A stretch of 64,000 nucleotides of DNA, taken from assembly GCA_026395055.1 (NCBI GenBank), contig JAPLZK010000003.1, positions 278,379 to 342,378 of the forward strand. The letters run 5' to 3'. Within the stretch, counting starts at the first letter, position 1, and each line of letters opens with the position of its first letter. The notes below the pieces were generated by a model, which ran no database searches, was not told the origin of the DNA, and saw only the letters and a program-made list of their open reading frames with translations. Positions 59,291 through 64,000 of this stretch are shown here, one piece after another. Made by a program: the position numbers and the translations under genes. Origin of the DNA: Candidatus Uhrbacteria bacterium. GTDB taxonomy: Bacteria > Patescibacteriota > Patescibacteriia > UBA9934 > GWF2-40-263.

Positions 59291-59764
59291 TCAGCATGTC
59301 GCGCTTTTACGTTCCCATGTCCCATCCTTCATCAGACCGGCAATCCATGGACCACCATTGCGCCAACAATTTTCTTTTTCCGAATAGAGATCTGGATAAT
59401 CCAGAATGTCCAGATCTTCTGTATGCGAAGCACGGAGAGGTTTTGGCCTTTTATTTCCCTGCTCCTTGGTCCATTTATTTTTGAGACCGATACCCAATGC
59501 ATTTGCGGCTCGGAATGGACAATACGTATTGGGAACTTCTGCGATGTCGAGAATCAATCGAGCGAGTATTTTGGGAACATGATGATCCCGTACGAAATCA
59601 AGCACCTCGTATGCATGCAAGGAGTTCTCAAGAAACTTCAAGAGAACAAGTCTCGTGTCGAGTGATTCTCCCATGCGGAGTCTCCAAAAAACTGCGCACC
59701 CATAAGTGCATTCTCCTTGCAAAGAAAGCTTCACATAGGACGGAACACGATCCCAGTTTTTCAT
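59291..59764 (-). CDS. Hypothetical protein
   Basis: GGAGGT SD after the dehydrogenase stop; terminator follows. Confidence 0.6.
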   Translation of the reverse strand: MKNWDRVPSYVKLSLQGECTYGCAVFWRLRMGESLDTRLVLLKFLENSLHAYEVLDFVRDHHVPKILARLILDIAEVPNTYCPFRAANALGIGLKNKWTKEQGNKRPKPLRASHTEDLDILDYPDLYSEKENCWRNGGPWIAGLMKDGTWERKSATC

Positions 59765-59785
59765 CGTACCTCCATGAGGAAAATG

Positions 59786-60796
59786 TTACAGTCGACGCAG
59801 GATTGCGTCCGTGAATTGTTCCGTGTTGAGCGTGCCGCCCATGTCACCCGTGCGATCGCCTTCGGCAATCGTCTGAAGCAATGCCTCGCGTAGATGCTTC
59901 GCCTCATGCAAGAAGCCATCGTACTCGAGCATCATCGCTGCCGAAAGGATGAGTGCGGTCGGATTCGCGATTCCGCGACCCGCAATGTCGGGAGCCGAAC
60001 CGTGAACCGCTTCGAACATCGCGTACGCGTCCCCGATGCACGCACCGGGTGCGACACCGAGTCCACCGACGAGTCCTGCAGTCATGTCCGACAGAATGTC
60101 TCCAAACAAGTTTTCCGTGACAAGCACGTCAAACCGTTCCGGATGCATTTCGAGCATCATCGACAACGCGTCGATGTGAAGATAGTTGATTTCGAGACCA
60201 GTACCTTCTTCCGCAATGACTTCGTTGAACGCCTCTGTGTAAAGCGCACCCCACATCTTCAAGATGTTGGTCTTGAGCACGAGTGTCAGCTTCTTGCGTC
60301 GCGAGAATACGATGCGAACCGCTTGCCGAACTGTGCGTTTGAATCCTGCTTTCGAAAAATGCGCCGTTGCGTGAACGACATCACCCTCACGAACCTCGAC
60401 ACAATCGTAGTATCCTTCGACACCCTCACGAACAACCACGATGTCGCACGGATGCGATTTCGGAAGTCCGGGAATGTGAATCGCTGGGCGTACGCACGAA
60501 TGAAGCTCCAGCTCTTGGCGAAGCCGAACGTTCACACTTTTGAACCCACCACCACTCGGCGTGGTTGTCGGCCCTTTGATCGCCACTTTGTGGAGGCGAA
60601 TCAAATCGAGCGTTTCATCCGGCAACGAATTGCCGCCATTTGCTTCGGCGCATTCAAGGCCAGCAAGCGCCGGGATCCAATCGATCCGATTGCTCATGAC
60701 TCGGTCCACAACGCGCCGCATGGCACGGAAGACTTCATGGCCAATGCCATCGCCTTCAATCGCGACGACGGAAATTCTGTCAGTCCTGTCTGTCAT
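59786..60796 (-). CDS. Isocitrate/isopropylmalate dehydrogenase family, probably NAD-dependent IDH
   Basis: EGDGIGHE, KGPTTTP, SVNVRLR, NLFGDILSD, EAVHGSAPDIAG. Confidence 0.9.
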   Translation of the reverse strand: MTDRTDRISVVAIEGDGIGHEVFRAMRRVVDRVMSNRIDWIPALAGLECAEANGGNSLPDETLDLIRLHKVAIKGPTTTPSGGGFKSVNVRLRQELELHSCVRPAIHIPGLPKSHPCDIVVVREGVEGYYDCVEVREGDVVHATAHFSKAGFKRTVRQAVRIVFSRRKKLTLVLKTNILKMWGALYTEAFNEVIAEEGTGLEINYLHIDALSMMLEMHPERFDVLVTENLFGDILSDMTAGLVGGLGVAPGACIGDAYAMFEAVHGSAPDIAGRGIANPTALILSAAMMLEYDGFLHEAKHLREALLQTIAEGDRTGDMGGTLNTEQFTDAILRRL

Positions 60797-60892
60797 TCCA
60801 AACCTCTCTTGCACGTCTTGTGCGCAGCCTATATACCAATTTTTTTCGATTTTGTCAAGATAACAACAAAAGAAAAAGACCTCGTGAAGAGG

Positions 60893-61495
60893 TCAGGAAG
60901 AAAGAATATCCGTCGAAACGGGATTGTGAGAATGTGCAACGCCATTTGGCGGAACGTAGCATTCCAAGCAGCGAGGCTCATACTTATCGGCACTCCCGAC
61001 ATCAAAGCGGTCCGTGCTCTTTGACGTACGCTGTGAGCGCGAGGCGGAATCGATGGTCTTGCAGACCTCACAGATCGCAACCAACTTGTAGATGCGTTGA
61101 GCGAGTGCCATCAATTTTGCCGTCACCATGAACGGCCGTTCTTGGTAATCCAGGTCAAGGCCCGCAACAAGCACGCGCCGACCAGATCGCACGATCCTCA
61201 TGATTACATCAACAACATCGGGATCGTCTTCGAAAAAGTGGATTTCATCAAACGCGACCAGCTTGTGATCTTCATGGAGATGATCAAACACGTCTAGCGC
61301 TTTTGAGATGCGAACGGTTTCACAGATGGAGACATCCACCTGACGATCTGCTCGCGTGTCGTTCATGGATCGAAAAACGATGGAGCGAAGTCCTGCGATC
61401 CGCGCTTTCTTCAATTCGATTTCCAGGTTTTCCGTTTTTCCAGAAAACATGGGACCGGTGTAAACACTGAGTTCGGGTATTTGCGGTCTACGCAT
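60893..61495 (-). CDS. tdk: Thymidine kinase
   Basis: TGPMFSGKT, FDEIHFF, AGLDLDY...PF, C..C, YEPRC..C. Confidence 0.93.
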   Translation of the reverse strand: MRRPQIPELSVYTGPMFSGKTENLEIELKKARIAGLRSIVFRSMNDTRADRQVDVSICETVRISKALDVFDHLHEDHKLVAFDEIHFFEDDPDVVDVIMRIVRSGRRVLVAGLDLDYQERPFMVTAKLMALAQRIYKLVAICEVCKTIDSASRSQRTSKSTDRFDVGSADKYEPRCLECYVPPNGVAHSHNPVSTDILSS

Positions 61496-61561
61496 CTTTT
61501 CCTCCGATCAAGTTGATCGCGAACATTATAACGTATCAAGTCCGTTTGTCCTGTGGACAAA

Positions 61562-61641
61562 CAAAGCACCAAATTTGAAAACACCAAATTCCAAAAGTTC
61601 AGCACCCCTTTGGAATTTAGAATTTTCATTTTGGTGCTTTG
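61562..61641. repeat. Imperfect palindrome, GCACCAAA...TTTGGTGC family (copy 2)
   Basis: CAAAGCACCAAA...AATTCCAAA...TTTGGAATTT...TTTGGTGCTTTG. Confidence 0.65.
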
Positions 61642-61738
61642 CCCCCTTGCACCCCTTTTGCAACTATGGCATTCTATCTCCTAGCCAGCCCTGTTCGTCG
61701 TAATAGGACGGTGTCATTAATTATTGTGTGTTTCTATT

Positions 61739-61999
61739 ATGAACAACAAGCTTTTCGTAGGCAGCATTCCTTGGAAAACAACAGAAGACGACCTCCGCGC
61801 CGCTTTCGGTGAATTCGGAACTGTCGTTTCTGCACGTATCATCACAGATAAGTTCACAGGAAAGAGTCGTGGATTCGGCTTTGTGGAAATGTCTTCTGAC
61901 GAAGAAGCATTGGCCGTTATCGCAGGTCTCGACGGAAAAGACTTCCAAGGTCGTCCAATCGCGATCAGCGTTGCACGCCCAATGGAAAAACAAGCGTAA
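61739..61999 (+). CDS. RRM RNA-binding protein
   Basis: KLFVGSI (RNP2), RGFGFVEM (RNP1). Confidence 0.95.
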   Translation: MNNKLFVGSIPWKTTEDDLRAAFGEFGTVVSARIITDKFTGKSRGFGFVEMSSDEEALAVIAGLDGKDFQGRPIAISVARPMEKQA

Positions 62000-62161
62000 A
62001 TATTGCAAAAACAAACACAGCTTACAAAAGCTGTGTTTTTTGTTTCTTTTTTTCATAAACACCCTCGCACACAATCCATTGACAAAATCCTCTTTTTCTG
62101 CTATTATCTCCCGTTAATTCTTCATTTCATTTACATCCCAACCGGCACACAAGGAGATTTT

Positions 62162-62338
62162 GTGCACGATCTTCACGCCATTGTCTGGATCCTCTTTGGA
62201 ATCACCCTCTCGATCCTCATGCTCGCTTTCACGGGAGCCTTTCTCGCCCTCGCCTTTGAGAGCTTCGAAGAGCGCTCGCATACCATCGGTAATACGATGG
62301 GACGCATTCCCAGTATCTTGGTCACGAAACGTTGGTAA
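62162..62338 (+). CDS. Small single-TM protein
   Basis: TTGACA-17-TATTAT promoter at 62079; AGGAG SD before GTG. Confidence 0.55.
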   Translation: MHDLHAIVWILFGITLSILMLAFTGAFLALAFESFEERSHTIGNTMGRIPSILVTKRW

Positions 62339-62380
62339 GGTTCCAACGATTCAATTTCCCATCACGTTCAGGAGGAACAT

Positions 62381-62695
62381 TTGACCACTCACACACGCAT
62401 CCAAACTCTCGCCCTCGGCGCATTGCAGACGGTTGCTCGCGAACACATCGGAAGTGATTTCGATCGCGACGATACGTTGCACGCCGAAATCACGAAAGGT
62501 TGTCGCCGGCAGGACAACCAAACTGTGTTTCACATCAACCTCTCGGGCAAATGCGAACTCGGCGCAGAAGTCACCGTCCATGATGAAGCGTCCGAGGCCC
62601 ACCGTATCTCGATTCTCGTGTTGAGCTATCGGCGCATGCATCAAGAGACGTATCACTGCCCGAACTCGCTCTTCCACACAACCGTCGCAAAGTAG
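62381..62695 (+). CDS. Hypothetical protein
   Basis: AGGAGG SD before TTG; terminator after stop. Confidence 0.55.
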   Translation: MTTHTRIQTLALGALQTVAREHIGSDFDRDDTLHAEITKGCRRQDNQTVFHINLSGKCELGAEVTVHDEASEAHRISILVLSYRRMHQETYHCPNSLFHTTVAK

Positions 62696-62828
62696 CTCCC
62701 TCTCACACCCTCGCAAAATGCGTGGGTGTTTTTCATTTGTAATCCGTATCTACAAGTACCCTCCATCATTGACATAAACCCGTTTCAATGATTCAATCGC
62801 GAGTCGGTAAACGACACAGGAGGAACAC

Positions 62829-63551
62829 ATGCGTCGCATCTTAGAACTTGGTGAACAGAAGCCACACGAAAAAGAACCACCCAACAAATGGGTGTTCCGT
62901 GTACTTGATCTCGATCCGGATGATCACTCTGGTCTCGAACTCAGATCCGAAAATGGAACTCTGTATTACGGTGTTCAAGGTACAGAGCTCGAAAACTGCG
63001 CTCGTCTTAATGCAGAAGTTGAAACACGTCTCGCATTAGAATCGTGGATGGAATTCGGAACCAATCCGGATGATCACACGCGCGCCGTTTCGATCATCAT
63101 CCACAATGAAGACGAGTCCGGTTTTCTTCTGCAACGCAAAGATCTGAAACACCCAACACCTAGCTGTCGAGGTCGGTATTCCCTCTTCGGTGGTTCACCA
63201 CACGTTGGCGAAAACATTTTGCATGCCGCGTATCGCGAACTGTTGGAAGAAATTGTGAGCTATCAGGATCTCGATCTTCGTAATTTGAAGCACCTCGAGG
63301 ATCTTACGCTCGATTCTGTACAATGGCCGGGAACGTACACATGTTCCGTGTTCTCCCTTCCTGTTCCGTTTAAAACATTTCAGCAACTTGTTGCGTGCAC
63401 CGCTTTTCATGAATTAGTCTCTGAATCCGTGGGAGTCGTTATCACAAGAGACGAATTCGAAAGCATCCTTCTTCCCCAAGAAATCGAAGAACCGGGACGA
63501 CACTTCGTCGCCTCGCACCATCATGCGATCAATCGCATCCTCTTCCCTTAA
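62829..63551 (+). CDS. NUDIX hydrolase with N-terminal extension
   Basis: LLQRKD, FGGSPHVGENILHAAYRELLEEI; AGGAGG SD. Confidence 0.8.
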   Translation: MRRILELGEQKPHEKEPPNKWVFRVLDLDPDDHSGLELRSENGTLYYGVQGTELENCARLNAEVETRLALESWMEFGTNPDDHTRAVSIIIHNEDESGFLLQRKDLKHPTPSCRGRYSLFGGSPHVGENILHAAYRELLEEIVSYQDLDLRNLKHLEDLTLDSVQWPGTYTCSVFSLPVPFKTFQQLVACTAFHELVSESVGVVITRDEFESILLPQEIEEPGRHFVASHHHAINRILFP

Positions 63552-63648
63552 CCGATTCTCAAGTGAGAAGCGGTTTTTCTTTTATCGTCATCTTGACAAA
63601 ATCTACAAAATCGATTATCTTTATCGGTCGTTCACGTTGGATGACATC

Positions 63649-63721
63649 GCTGGTGTAGCTCAATTGGCAGAGCAGCTGATTTGTAATCAGCAGGTTGCGG
63701 GTTCAACTCCCTTCGCCAGCT
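63649..63721 (+). tRNA. tRNA-Thr(TGT), no encoded CCA
   Basis: GCTGGTG/CGCCAGC acceptor; GCTGA-TTTGTAA-TCAGC. Confidence 0.93.
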
Positions 63722-63745
63722 CCCGTCGAGACCCCTCGACACAAA

Positions 63746-63820
63746 GCGTCTTTAGCTCAGTCAGGTCAGAGCAGCGGACTTTTAATCCGTTGGTCGAGGG
63801 TTCGAATCCCTCAAGACGCA
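63746..63820 (+). tRNA. tRNA-Lys(TTT), second copy, no encoded CCA
   Basis: GCGTCTT/AAGACGC acceptor; GCGGA-CTTTTAA-TCCGT; TTCGAAT. Confidence 0.95.
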
Positions 63821-63954
63821 CTCCCCTTAACCGCTTCTCCCTTGAGACGCGGTTTTTTCTTTCTCTGAACGATTGACAGATTGGATTTTTTGGACTACTC
63901 TTTTGTGTCCTGTTCTTTCGCGCTTGAACTATTTACGACTCACAGGGAGGTTGT

Positions 63955-64000
63955 ATGACTGGACAAAACTTTGTTCTCGTCGTTCAGATGCCAAATGAAA
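63955..64000 (+). CDS. Start of a truncated gene (MTGQNFVLVVQMPNE...)
   Basis: TTGACA-17-TACTCT promoter at 63873; GGGAGG SD. Confidence 0.5.
   Translation, partial: MTGQNFVLVVQMPNE

Noticed and set aside
59894-61024. 376-aa plus-strand ORF
   Set aside because: Antisense shadow of the dehydrogenase gene
63545-63581. Integron attC site
   Set aside because: Too short, lacks a GTTRRRY end, has terminator-like T-run; no integron integrase in the window
1-64000. CRISPR array, prophage or transposase
   Set aside because: No regularly spaced repeats and no cas, integrase, structural phage or transposase motifs recognised

Overview
Chromosomal segment of a small-genome bacterium. Gene content, SD-less core starts and a CPR-type repeat domain point to Patescibacteria/CPR (inference); the standard genetic code is used. 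Core genes: ftsEX, rlpA-like, murE/D/G, ftsW, mraY, divIC-like, SurA/PrsA-like, rpmA, rplI, pyrG, pyrD, pgi, bcp. There are five tRNAs (Gln-CTG, Thr-CGT, two different Lys-TTT, Thr-TGT) and a 14-kb strand-scrambled glycosylation locus (42.0-56.2 kb). Scattered between core genes are many self-contained promoter-SD-ORF-terminator units (purA, NAD-type isocitrate dehydrogenase, thymidine kinase, T4 Rnl1-like RNA ligase, phosphatase, NUDIX, orphans). Highlights: (1) an uncharacterised DUF1257-like/DUF2997-like/radical-SAM/probable AAA operon running off the left edge; (2) an anticodon-less tRNA-Thr mimic upstream of tRNA-Thr and an antisense foldback element after tRNA-Gln; (3) a G/C palindromic repeat inserted in-frame in murE and pyrD; (4) a sortase F + LPNTG ice-binding-domain adhesin whose signal peptide carries a TGA inside a palindrome; (5) a NUDIX-BtuR fusion; (6) an unassigned ~195-nt ncRNA candidate. 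No CRISPR array, integrase, transposase or rRNA was seen. All family calls come from motif recognition by eye, not database searches.
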